Source: Octopus sinensis (lineage: Eukaryota). From it: a DNA stretch of 64,000 nucleotides. Where the stretch lies: positions 130,696,001-130,760,000 of the forward strand of contig NC_043000.1 in assembly GCF_006345805.1 (NCBI RefSeq), written 5' to 3'. A program made the position numbers and the translations under genes. The notes under the pieces were generated by a model. That model was given only the letters and a program-made list of their open reading frames with translations, did not search any database and was not told the DNA's origin. Positions 36,712-49,652 of this stretch are shown piece after piece (within the stretch, counting starts at the first letter, position 1; each line of letters opens with the position of its first letter).

Positions 36712-38337
36712 GCACAACAGCTTCCACAAGGACATGTGTTACATCAAAAATTCTTGGTTGGGGATGCAAATCCTCTCATTCGCGTACGACATAATGCGGC
36801 AGCAGCATAGAATTGAAGCGTCCATCTCTTTCTTCTCTCAATGTAGAATGAGGAAAATTGGATGTTGAAGTAATGTAAACAAATAAATACATATATAGAC
36901 GTGAAGATGGAGGGGCGAGAATTCAGGACGAGGGATAAAAAATGTATAAAAAGTGTAAGTATAGAAAAATATAAAAATGTAGAGCATAAAGATATAAAGA
37001 GATATAAGGAGATGTAAAGGGGTATAAAGAATATAAAGAAATATAAAGAAATATAAAAAGTTAAAGGCATAAGGTTATAAAGTAAAATAGAAATAGAAAT
37101 AAAAGTAAAAAAACATGATAAAAATGTAAAAATATAAAGATAAGGGATGTATAGAGGTTACGGACCAAGCATGGTGGTCAGGAGATTGATAAAATTTAGT
37201 TGTAGAATTGTCAGTAAATCAACAGTTTCGTCTGGGGACCTAATGTGTTGTAAATCAGAGCTGTTGAGCGTTTAATCTGGTTCCTTGAATTAATTGGGCT
37301 TCTAGTACATACATCCATCATGTACATACACCCATATACACGCGTACATATACGCCTCCAAGCCTATAAGCATACACACGCACTCGCGTGTAAACATGTA
37401 CATAAACACACACACACCCACACGCACGCGCGTACACATACATACATACAACAGAATATCCGCATGTATACACGGACACTATACGTGTACACACTCACAT
37501 GTACATACGCGCGCCCATCCCTACACACACACACACGCTATGCCCACGCTTCCAGGTCTAGATATAAGATATTAAAGGATGTATATAAGAACGTATATAA
37601 AGAATCACGCACTCATGTCTATACGTGCACGCACACACGGCTGTGTGTCCGTATGTGCGTGCACATATACACTTACATACACACACAGGGACATACGCGC
37701 ATATGGTTATAGCTATAAGATATTAAAATATGCATGTACATATATGCGCGTGCATATGTATGTATGCGAATACATACGTACACGGACGCTCGTATAGTCA
37801 AAAAGTGGATCCATAGGTAAGTAAATAAACATATATAGAGATGTAAAGCGATAAGTTAGGGGTAAGAATGAGGGTAAGGGTAAAAATTAGAAATAAAAGT
37901 AAGAAATACAGTATAAAATAAGAAATACAATGTAATAGTTAGAAATGAAATATAAAAATTATAAAAATTATAAGAGTTAAGGTAAGGGATGAAAATAAAA
38001 ATGAGAATAAATGGAAGTAGAATAAAAGTAAAAATAAAAGTAAAAATAAAAATAAAAATAAAATAAGATAAAAATATAAATTTTTCTATACTTACACTTT
38101 TTATACATTTTTTATCCCTCGTCCTGAATTCTCGCCCCTCCATCTTCACGTCTATATATGTATTTATTTATTTACATTACTTCAACATCCAATTTTCCTC
38201 ATTCTACATTGAGAGAAGAAAGAGATGGACGCTTCAATTCTATGCTGCTGCCGCATTATGTCGTACGCGAATGAGAGGATTTGCATCCCCAACCAAGAAT
38301 TTTTGATGTAAACACATTCCTTGTGGAGCTGTTGTGC

Positions 38338-38414
38338 GCGGCTGAAAAGGCCACAGACATACATTATGCACTGTTATAAATCTGTCTAATAAAGGCCCGA
38401 AACATATGTACCGC
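38338..38414 (+). ncRNA. Inverted copy of the 36634-36711 HHR with a 1-nt core deletion
   Basis: Reads GCGG-CTGAAAA-GGCC instead of CTGAAGAA-GGCC; otherwise the same. Confidence 0.7.
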
Positions 38415-38547
38415 TGAATCCTTCGCATCATGTTTTTATTTTGATCAATTTACTCCACCACCTACACCACCAAACGGTATACACAGGTGCTTATAATTAT
38501 CAAGTACTCACCCCGAATTTCTATACTCAACTATATATATATATATA

Positions 38548-38782
38548 CTTTATTTTAAGCAGCAGAAAATTCAACAAAATCTGTTACTCTGAGTTTCTCG
38601 TTGCCGTTCATCAGACAGTTTTTGCTAGAATTCTAACAAAAACTGTCTGATGAACGGCAACGAAAACTCAGAGTAACAGATTTTGTTGAATTTTCTGCTG
38701 CTTAAAATAAAGCATATTACTCTACCACTGGTATTTGAGTACTCTTTTTTCCACCTTGTTTCACATTTATGTGGTTTCTCCG
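38548..38782 (+). mobile_element. TA-flanked fold-back element, palindrome 38548-38712, with twin minimal HHRs
   Basis: Axis at gaa|ttc (38630/38631); minus copy 38581-38618 reads CTGT-CTGATGA-A-CG GCAA CG-A-GAAA-CTCAGAG-TA-ACAG; plus copy at 38643-38679. Confidence 0.85.
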
Positions 38783-38783
38783 G

Positions 38784-38814
<31 letters not shown>

Positions 38815-39869
38815 ATGTATATACATATATATATATGTGTGTGTGTGCGTATATATATATAATATATATATATATTATATATATGAATGCTTGCTTATAT
38901 GTTCAGTTGTAATAAAGCTGAAGGGTCACTGTATACTTTTCGGGAGTTGAAATTTATTAATCCTAAAAAAGAATATTATTGACAGCGACACCGAAGCTTC
39001 GGTCAGCAAATCTATATAATGGTTTAACTGTCCAAAGCCTCCGTGTCACTGTCAATTCCATTCTTGTTTAAGAATAATATACAGTAATCCTTCGACTATC
39101 ACGAGTTTTACGTTCCAAGTAGAAACAGGACTGTACTGTATATTATTTTTTATTATTTTTATAATTTGTATATATTTATTTTATCATAGATGCAAAACAA
39201 CACCACAGCGGAATCGATGTAAGCCTAAATAACAAACCGCGATAAGTGAATCGTGATAGGTGAACCATGATATGGCAAGGGATTACTATTTACATATATA
39301 TGTGAATGTATGTATGTATGTATGTATGTATGTATGTATGTATGTATGTATTATGTATGTATGTATGTATGTATCTGTCTATCTGTCTGTCTGTCTTTCT
39401 TTCTGTCTATCTTTATATGCAATACGTTGGTCGACCAATTCAATTTCAAAAAACATCCCTCCGGGATCTTCCATTGTGTCCTGCTCGCCGCCTACGACAG
39501 TTTATGTTATCATGGTTTGATAATCGCTGTTGATTTTTTACGTTTCCGTTACACAGTGGTACAGCCTACGTGATCGATTAAGAACTAGACTTAATATTAG
39601 CATTCAAGGTGATGCCCCACCATGTCTGCACTCCAACAACTGAAACAATTAAAATAAGGAAAAACAAAAGTTTTTATTGTATGTTTACACTAGTTACAAT
39701 AGTTGTGTCCATTTTTGCCTCTCAATCTAGAGCTTTGTCAAATATAACACAATAAAATAAGTACTAGTGTACTTTGGAGGAAGTACCCCACCGCCGAGAA
39801 TAATGTCGGCCATCTTTTCTGGTTTTAAAATTTCTTCTAGCTCCTCCTCTTTGCTGTGTGTTTCTAATT

Positions 39870-40006
39870 CTATTGTTGTTATTCAGTCTCTGAAGCATCG
39901 CTTCATGACGATATACAAATAAGAATTTGTCTGCCATACGCAGGATTTTATGGTCGTTTTCCACGTAATTTTGTGTCGTCTGAAACTTATATATCACATT
40001 CGTCAT
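39870..40006 (-). pseudogene. Possible degenerate GIY-YIG endonuclease fragment (Penelope-like)
   Basis: TNVIYKFQTTQNYVE...LR loosely resembles the NVIYxFxC...YIGxTxRxL motif; weak similarity. Confidence 0.3.
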
Positions 40007-40770
40007 ACGATGGTGTATCTTTATAAACCATGAGATTACTTGGTATTACTATTGGTATAGATACTGCAATACTTTTATGAAAAAAACTATAAGTCAAAAC
40101 TACTATCAGTTATTTGGACTATAAACACAATAAAAAAACATATAAATAATATCAAAATACACAGATGTAAATAATATTAAAAAAGTTGATAATAAAGAAA
40201 AAAATTATTAAATATAAAATGAAAGAGAATTTTGTTTTTTATTTTTAATTAAAGATTACCTGGAAGGAATATATATTTTAGCTTACATTCAATCTTTTCT
40301 CTATTTTCAAGATATATCGACTATTTTTCGTCGCTTTAGTTTGAAGTAGCAAAACGTGTTGAATAGTTTCAAGTTGTATATATATATATATATTTTATTT
40401 CATTATATATTTTCATTTTTTTATAATTATTTATTTATGGATGCGAAGCACGAAAATTGAATAGTAACTTAATGATATATATTGCTCTCCTCATTCTCCA
40501 TAACTTCCGTGTAAATTTTTCCTATTCTTTCGCTCCAGTTCTCCCACTTCTAAATATGTCTCAGTATATATTTATATATCCATCCAACAGGTTATAACTC
40601 CTCTACAGCGTATTTTCTTTCAACCTGTATCTTTACATCTCACCCACTTCTTAGTTGACATCTAATTGCTTATTATCTCTCTATTGATCGTCTTTGCCAA
40701 AACGTCCACACTTATGCTATCACATACAGACACAGTGTGCCGTCACACACACATACACCCTCTCTCTCTT

Positions 40771-40807
<37 letters not shown>

Positions 40808-41014
40808 TTCTCTCTCTCTCTCTCTCGTTGCCGCTCACTCCTCTTTCTTTGTTATTTAAAGCTACTTTATTATTTTATTCCTTTCAGAACAGACTGAGTA
40901 TAATTTTATATTTTATTTTATTTTATGAAAGAAAGTATTATCAGCATGTGTCTATCATAGTCTTTTGCCCATTTCTCAGCCTTGAATCACTATATTTCAC
41001 TCTCTCTCTTCTCT

Positions 41015-41022
41015 CTCTCTCC

Positions 41023-41109
<87 letters not shown>

Positions 41110-41240
41110 TATATATATAATCTATCTCTCTCTCTTAACTTCGCTCTCTACTTTTTTCTGTCCCTGCCATGCCTACATACAATTTTCTCCCTATTCTTCT
41201 GCTCTGCCTTTTTTTCTACATGATATATATACATACCTAT

Positions 41241-41313
<73 letters not shown>

Positions 41314-41374
41314 ATTATATCTATCTATCTATATATACACACGTACATATGCATCAATGCATCTATGTATGTAC

Positions 41375-41470
<96 letters not shown>
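41015..41470. repeat. (CTAT)n/(TA)n tracts followed by inverted (GATA)n
   Basis: Directly visible. Confidence 0.9.
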
Positions 41471-41471
<1 letters not shown>

Positions 41472-42047
41472 TGTTTGATTGGAAATATTTATCTAAGATT
41501 TTCTACCTGTCCCTATATCACTCCATCACGCTCACGTTCCCTCTTCCTCTCTCCCTCTCCCTCTCCTCCCCGTTTCTCTCTGTCTTTTCTTTCTTTCTCG
41601 CACACTCTTTCTCTCACTTTGCCGCTCTCTCACTCTCTAACTCTCCTTATTTCTGTCTGTTACGAACCACCTCACACAAAAACACACCACTTGTTTACAG
41701 TTTCCTCACTTAGTCTCAACCTCATTGAATATTCACTTTAATACCGATTTCAAAGGTTTATAAAGAAAAAAAAACTAGGAAAACCATTTTGAATATGTCT
41801 GCAGACACATATAAATCGAGAGAGATGGATAAAGACAGAGGCAGAGCCAAAGATAAAGACAGAGCCAGAAGGAAACGTGTAATAACAGTATATATATATG
41901 ATTAGCATATAGAGGTGGTGGTGGTGGTGGTGGTGGTGGTGTTTATCTAGGAATGTCTTCATATATGGGCAGGCAAATATATGAGTATATGTAAACACAT
42001 ATGCATAGGTACATATACATATGTACATACACACACACATTATATAT

Positions 42048-42100
<53 letters not shown>

Positions 42101-42151
42101 TATATATATATATATATATATAAATATATATATATATATTCATGTTTGGAT

Positions 42152-42211
<60 letters not shown>

Positions 42212-42215
<4 letters not shown>

Positions 42216-42440
42216 ATCCAAACATGAAAAGACAAAGAGAAAATACAACAATGCGAGGACGTGGAATAAGTACAGTGTTATTGGACGCTCAGAAAACGAA
42301 AGAAAGAAGGGGTATTTAACGTTTCGAGCGGAGCTCTTCGTCAGAAACACAGAAAAAGGAAAGATCCAAGGAAGAAAAGACGGAGGAAAAATAAATCGCC
42401 AACGATACACACGCCGTCACAAATTGAACGACCGGAAGGG
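42212..42440 (-). mobile_element. TA-anchored element with minimal HHR at 42313-42349
   Basis: TGTTT-CTGACGA-A-GAGC TCC GCTC-GAAA-CG-TT-AAATA; same family as 20791-20992. Confidence 0.8.
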
Positions 42441-42639
42441 AATGGATGAAGAAAAAGTTCTTTCAAAGACAGGAGAGTACAAAAGAAGGATGTATGTGTG
42501 TGTATGTGTAGATATGTGCGTGCGCGCAGCTCTGTGTGTGTCTGTGTGTCTGTTTGTGTGTGGTTGTGGCTGTTAATCTATGTGTGTGGTTGGGTTTAGT
42601 ATCGTTTAAGGTCATAGGAAGAATTTATAGTAGGTGTCG

Positions 42640-42678
<39 letters not shown>

Positions 42679-42694
42679 TTATCTAATATCTTTT

Positions 42695-43100
42695 ATCTAT
42701 CTTTTATTTGTTTCAGTCATTAGAATGGGAACATATTGGGGCTCCGCTTTGAAAAAATTTTAAGTCGAATAAATCGGCTCCAGTAGTTCTTTTCTTAAGC
42801 CTGGAATTTATTCTATCGGTGTCTTTTGCCAAACCGCTAAGTTAAAACAACGTAAATCCACCAACAGCAGTCGACTATCAGTGATGGGTTACAAGCAAAG
42901 TCACAAAAACACAGATATATATATATATATATAAAACAGATGCTGGTGAGTTTGCGTCCCCGTAACTTAGCGGTTCGGCCTACGAGACCGATAGAATACG
43001 CACGAGGCTTACAAAGAAAAGTCCTGGGTCCGATTTGCTCAACTAAAGGCGGTACTTCAGCATAGCCACAGTCAAATGACTGAAACAAGTAAAAGAGTAA
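42695..43100. mobile_element. Two SINE 3' halves in divergent orientation
   Basis: Minus copy ~42695-42885 and plus copy ~42940-43100 of the 19670/49240 family, around a short TA tract. Confidence 0.75.
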
Positions 43101-44101
43101 TTGAACAATGATTGGAGAAGTATCAAATTAAGGGTATAACATGGAGATATAAAGTTCAACAGTGGAAATCCGAAAAAACTTTTGACTCGACTTGGTATAT
43201 GGCAAAAGGTATAACTTAAAAGAATCTTATCGTGCTTTAGGTTCATCTTTCAAAGTAGTCGTAAACGAAACAAACTATTCAAGAAAATTTAAACATTTTG
43301 TAACTCAGAATACATCCAATTTCTTAACAATACAAGTAAATGAAATATCGATGTGTATTACTTTCTCATTGAGAAACAATTTTTGTGAGGGATACTTAAT
43401 CATTTATAGTTCTAGGATAGAGTGATAAATAATTTGTTTTAAATGTATTTACACATGATCACAATGTATGCATCATATTTCATAACTTCATATATAAGCA
43501 GTATCTCAATATTAATCCCAGAATATAAAGATATATATGTGAACATAGGAGCCAACGTATAGAAGCGCATGAAAAATATATTAATTCTAACGGTCACGAT
43601 ATCAGAAAAATGTATTTTATTTGTAACAAAAAAGCTATAATGTTCGTTGGAAGCTTGTACTAATTTAATTTTATGCTTAGATATAATCATTAGTAGGTAG
43701 AAAATTATTAAACATGCGTAGACGATAAACTTATTCAATACATGATATTGGTCAAATTATAAGATTCAGAAATAATTTCCGGCGCATAGGTGATCCAATT
43801 TCATGAAGATACAAATTGATGGAATCAATGTATATAGTGTTTTCTTTACGGAAAGAAGATCGTTAGTGAAAGAAGTATAATGACATGTGATCGTAGAAAA
43901 ATTAATATATTTGAGATCCAGATACGATAACAGCAGCATGGTATTTCAGCACTATATGTAAAACATAAAGCGTAATCTAAATCCGCATGCATAACAACGT
44001 GTATGCAAAATATATGTGTAGTCTGTGTGTTCATGTATATAGGACACACACACACACACACACATACATAGACATATATGTATGTACGTTTTTGTATGTA
44101 C

Positions 44102-44154
<53 letters not shown>

Positions 44155-44158
<4 letters not shown>

Positions 44159-44372
44159 AAAATGGGACGGGAACGCAAAACATCCGGACAGCTAGGTGAT
44201 ACAAAAAGGGACAACAAAACATCCAGATAGACTATACAAAGAAAACAAGGACGGGTCATTCGAAGCCCTCTACCCTCAGTCAAGCACCAGAGTATCTTCA
44301 CAATTTCGGCTGATTATTCTTGAGATTGTTCCAATCTGGCCAGCCCCAAGGAAAAACTAAGCTAAGAGCATA
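44155..44372 (-). mobile_element. TA-anchored interspersed repeat (aaatgggac...gcaatttcggctg family)
   Basis: Homologous copies at 50725-51110 and 55030-55152, each starting at a TA-rich tract. Confidence 0.75.
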
Positions 44373-44385
44373 AATGTGTGTGTAC

Positions 44386-44509
<124 letters not shown>

Positions 44510-44639
44510 ATTTCAAATTTTCAGGATCCGGTAGAATCGTATATTTAAAGACACACCGGTATATATTCCGACATGTACAGTCCACTGTTGGTTCAAGATC
44601 CAACGCAGAGAAGGTTCCAAGTGTGGTAAAGTAAAAATA

Positions 44640-44955
44640 ATAACACAGACCGACTGAGATTCACTACAGCTGTTTCTTGATGAACTAAACTGTTTATTGA
44701 TGAACTAAACAATCACATCCTGTAAAAACCATTTTCTTCAGGTGACTTAATAGGAAAATTTATAATTTTGGATTTTTCATACAAATACCAAATAATGCGT
44801 ATGGACACTTTCCTCTCAGCTACAAAAGAGAAAGTGTTAAATGTTACTCTTAACTCTCCCGAAGAAATGTGTTTTCGTACTTAATGTAATTCTTTCATTT
44901 ATCAATAAAGAACACGTCTGAAACAGCTGTAGCGCACCTCAAACCATCTGTGATA
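44640..44955. mobile_element. Element with diverged inverted ends, each carrying an HHR-like motif
   Basis: Minus 44661-44745 TCAC-CTGAAGA...GAAA-CAGCTG-TA-GTGA; plus 44856-44934 CTC-CCGAAGA...GAAA-CAGCTG-TA-GCG. Confidence 0.65.
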
Positions 44956-44991
44956 TACCTATATACCTGTGTGTTTGTATTTATTTATATT

Positions 44992-45263
44992 CATTTACTT
45001 TTAATCTAATACGTGTTTAAGTCATTTGACTGTAGTCATGCTGGAGCAGCGCCTTTAACGATTTTTTATTCGTAGAAATCGACTTCAGGAGTTATTCTTT
45101 GTTTGTACGTGTAATACTTATTTTATCGTCCCTTTTGCCGAACGCTAAGTTACGGGGACTTAAAACACCCAACATCAGTTGTCAAGCGATGGTGTAGATG
45201 TAGAAACAAACACAGACAGACCACACACACACACATTATATACCATATATATATATATATAAA

Positions 45264-45300
<37 letters not shown>

Positions 45301-45410
45301 ATAAATGACGGGGTTCATTCCGTTTCCGTCTAATAAATCTACTCACAAGACTGTGGTCCGCCCGTGAATCTAATAGAAGAAACTTGCCTAATGTTCCACG
45401 CAAGGGACTT
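44992..45410 (-). mobile_element. SINE (19670/49240 family), diverged, with internal TA tract
   Basis: Both halves recognisable in reverse complement. Confidence 0.75.
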
Positions 45411-46016
45411 GTTATGTCGCACATTAGGACGCCTCAACTACTCTCTTCTCTACTCCAGTCTACCTTGACGTCTAGACTTCTTCCTCTATATCTACGTATT
45501 GGGCTAGCCTGCTTCATCGTCTAGGGGCATCAACACAACAGGACTGCACCTGGAACCATACGGTTGGGACGCAAGCTTCTTACCTGCGCCTACATATATA
45601 TATATATATATATACTATGCTGATGTGTTGACAAAAATTTATTTATTTATAAGCCTATTCTATGACTATACTATCTAAAGCTTGCACAACAAAATATGTA
45701 GTTTTTTTTTATGAAAAGAAGGCGATATAGCCTAACTACATATACCTGAATATTCATGAAGTTTTATCTCCCAAGAGTTCTGAATGTCTTTGAAACTTAT
45801 AAATTAAAGAATTTCATTTAATGATTAACAATATTCGTCTACACATGTTTATCGATTTATTGCTTGGTTTAATTTTTAATTTTTAAATATGAAAACTGAA
45901 ATATGAAACCTAAACGTGTCCAGAATATTTTATAGAATATATTGTATATTTTGTCACAAACGACCGCATTTTCTATAATTAGAAGTATTGACGGATCTAA
46001 ATTATTCACAGTATAA

Positions 46017-46570
46017 TTAGCTAACTGTACCCGACGTTGTCCGAGTGCCGAGTGTGTAGAAACATTGTAATTTTTATTTTTGTTAAATTTACTTTGCATT
46101 AAGTTTTAAGAAGCGCCTTGTTGACATTTCCTCCTCTGCATTTGGCACACCAATGAATGAAGAAAGGATTTCAACTTTGTTGAAAATGTGATTTACAGCT
46201 AAGAGTTAACCGGGAGAGAAGCATGGACTTGTCAATTGAATTCCAACAACCTGAATGGCTATCGCCAAAGGATATGGTTTTCCATAGTAAAAAGTAGTAA
46301 CACTGGAAACTGAAGACGCTTGAATCGGAAAAAAAACATATCTGATGGAATAAGGAGAATACATGGAACGAAACCACCTCTTTTTGTACAAGCATAAGAA
46401 TTTTAGCAGATAATCTTTCATAATTTCAGAGTTCTGCTACATTTGAATTACATAGTAATGTAATAGATATGCCTGCTCTCAGTTGCAGATTCTGTGAATG
46501 GACAACGGGGAACTGAAGTGAATTCAGAAATTGTTGAATAGTTAGCAACATCAGTAACGACAGCTATTAT
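46017..46570 (-). mobile_element. 3' end of an autonomous Helitron (PIF1 helicase pseudogene)
   Basis: QFLNSLQFPVVHSQNLQLRAGISITLLCN...SFQ...ISFGDSHSG matches Helitron PIF1 EFLNSL..PH.L.LK.G.PI.LLRN; 3' hairpin ctcggacaacgtcggg and CTAA|T end. Confidence 0.85.
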
Positions 46571-46976
46571 GTTAACTTACCGGTACCATTTTCTGACAGA
46601 GTGAATTGCGTCATGGTGCTGGTTGTCTCATAGACGGTGCCCAACTGAGCCTACTATACTGTGTAGTCGACAAAATATAAAAACAATGTACATGCGCAAA
46701 AATAAAAAGTATGAAATGGTGACAACTTACCCATTTCACCATATATATATGTGTGTGTGTGTATGCGTATGTGTGTGTATGCGTATGTGTGTGTGTGTGT
46801 GTATAGGCAAGGTAAAAATGAAAAACCGGAAAAAACAATATAAGTCAATTGGACGTACAGAGACAATATATTAGATTGATCCACAATGAAAATGTTTGAT
46901 GGAAAACTATAGGTGAAGTTCTGAGACTAGCTCTTCGTCGGATATACATACATAACTACACACACACACACACACA

Positions 46977-47016
<40 letters not shown>

Positions 47017-47519
47017 ATGGCGGTTTAGTTCACTGTCTGTGCGTGTGAGTGAGCGCGCGTATGCATATATAAATATAACTATGTTTATTATTGTTCTGCT
47101 AATATCAGGAACCAAGCATTTCACACGAAATATAACTGTATATACGCAGTTATATTTAAAACTCCTTCTCCAAAGTTTCAAATTCAACGGAAGTTAGACA
47201 TTAATGTATTCCTTCACTCTTTCTCATTTAAATTTCTCTAAATACCCAAAATACTCAGGCTTTTGGAGTATTAAATTTTATAAAAGTTAGAAATCTCAGC
47301 ATTGTGAAAAATTACAGCCCGTTTTAAGAGATTCCAACTTGATATTGTACATGTAAAAGCGAACTAAAATCTGAAAGAATTGAAGAAAAGATATTATGTC
47401 CTACATTTCGTAGTATTTGAAACCATGCACTAAAGTTTTGAAGACATGACTTTAAAAGTAAGGTTTTATTGGCTTCAAATTTTGGAAACAAGATCAGCAC
47501 TTTCCGGATGAAATGTAAC

Positions 47520-47995
47520 GTCAACCTCGGCGAAATATGAACTCAGAACGTAATGAAAGAAATGCTGCTAAGTATTTTGCCCCGCCTGCTAACGATTGCT
47601 TTGTACTCTAGACACAAGGCCCGAAATTTTTGGAGAGGGGGGACAGTCGATTACATCGACCCCAGTTCGCAACTGGTACCTAATTTATCGATCCCGAAAA
47701 GATGAAAGGCAAAGGCGACCTCGGTGGAACTTAAACTCAGAACGTAAAGATACACGAAATACTTATTTCTTTACAACCCACAAGGGGCTAAACACAGAGA
47801 GGACAAACAAGGACAAACAAACGGATTAAGTCGATTACATCGACCCCAGTGCGTAACTGGTCCTTAATTTATCGACCCCGTAAGGATGAAAGGCGAAGTC
47901 GACCTCGGCGGAATTTGAACTCAGAACGTAAGGTCAGTCGAAATACCGCTAAGCATTTCGCCCGGCGTACTTATGATTCTGTCAGCTTGCTGCAT
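47520..47995 (-). mobile_element. SINE (ggcgagctggc family) cluster with tandem units
   Basis: Full unit ~47765-47995, headless unit ~47640-47765, further head fragment ~47520-47600. Confidence 0.85.
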
Positions 47996-48173
47996 TTAAG
48001 ATGGATCTTATTAATGACAAATTGCTACACACGCAATACACACACGCGTACACGCGCGCGTGCGCACATATATTTACATACATACATAAATATTTGTATG
48101 TGTATGTGGCGGGAACTGAGAGACTTGATATATAAATATCTATCTATCTGTTGAAAGAAATAAAGGAAGAAAT

Positions 48174-48204
<31 letters not shown>

Positions 48205-48312
48205 CATACATACATACATACATACATACATAGATACATAGATAAATAGATAGAAAGATGGATAGTTAGATAGATTCATAGATAGATACATAGATACATA
48301 AATACAGAGATG

Positions 48313-48374
<62 letters not shown>

Positions 48375-49239
48375 CAGATATGAATACATTTTTGTAGTGA
48401 GCCCTTTCTTCAGTTAATGTTTATAGTTTTACTTAGAAAAATGTTACCACAATACGATGATAATTGATGTAGAAAAAAGAGAAATTACAATCAAGAAGGC
48501 TGTAATTTCTAAAAGACTTGCAGCCTGTCTTTATATGTTATAAAATATTTAGAATCTGTTACTGTTGCAAAAAATTCCAGCCATTGTGGTTACCAAATAC
48601 ATAATTATTTCCCATATATGAAAGATATGAAATAGAAATGGAGGCTTTATTAAAGAAACAGGCGACTGAAATGCAGAAATCTCTAAAATAACTAATAATA
48701 ATGTATATATCAATTATATCATAAATCAGAATGTTACTCAACATAAAATGTATTTTGAATACAAATCTGGGAAATGACGTGTGCAAGTAACAGCTGATAT
48801 GTTGTTCTTAGCAAATAAATTATATCAATTTGTCCTGTAAATAGAGTTTGATGAATTTTTTGACAACATAGCATTATGATTGAGACAAACTACTTCGACA
48901 TTTGGATATTATTCCTTGGTTATTTGTGAAAGTATAGCAATGTAGATCAATTAATAGCTTTTATGCTTCAAGATATGAATTGAATTCTGACATTGCGATG
49001 GAAATGATCACTGCTTCACCGATGAGAATATGATTATAAGAGTAATGTATCGCTAAATATCTACTAAAAAAGAAAAACATTGAGGGCTAGTTTTAGTCTC
49101 TTGACAAATATTTTGATGTTGAGATGGAACATCAGGGATGGTCTGTAATAATGAAAGATTATACTGATAAAAAAATTCATATGCGCCTTCGTTGTATTGT
49201 ATCAGTTAACAGAGTTATATATAAGCAATATTAATATAT

Positions 49240-49652
49240 GGCGCAGGAGTGGCTGTGTAGTACTTAGCTTGCTAACCAACCACATGGTTCCGGGTTCAGT
49301 CCCACTGCGTGGCATCTTGGGCAAGTGTCTTCTACTATAGCCTCGGGCCGACCAAAGCCTTGTGAGTGGATTTGGTAGACGGAAACTGAAAGAAGCCCGT
49401 CGTATATATGTATATATATATATATATGTATGTGCATGTATGTTTGTGTGTCTGTGTTTGTCCCCCTAGCGTTGCTTGACAACCGATGGCGGTGTGTTTA
49501 TGTCCCCGTCACTTAGCGGTTCGGCAAAAGAGACCGATAGAATAAGTACTGGGCTTACAAAGAATAAGTCCCGGGGTCGAGTTGCTCGACTAAAGGCGGT
49601 GCTCCAGCATGGCTGCAGTCAAATGACTGAAACAAGTAAAAGAGTAAAAGAG
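49240..49652 (+). mobile_element. Full-length tRNA-derived SINE with internal microsatellite
   Basis: ggcgcaggagtggctgtg...ccgggttcagtccc...tail gtaaaagagtaaaagag. Confidence 0.92.

Larger units (their letters stand above)
36600..38532. mobile_element. TA-flanked element with ~370-bp inverted arms (36600-36971 / 38080-38448) and ~1.1-kb low-complexity spacer
   Basis: Arms are near-identical reverse complements; both ends abut (TA)n. Confidence 0.9.

Noticed and set aside
41225-41470. (CTAT)n facing (GATA)n, a potential hairpin
   Set aside because: Simple-repeat inversion with no unique sequence; no evidence of function.
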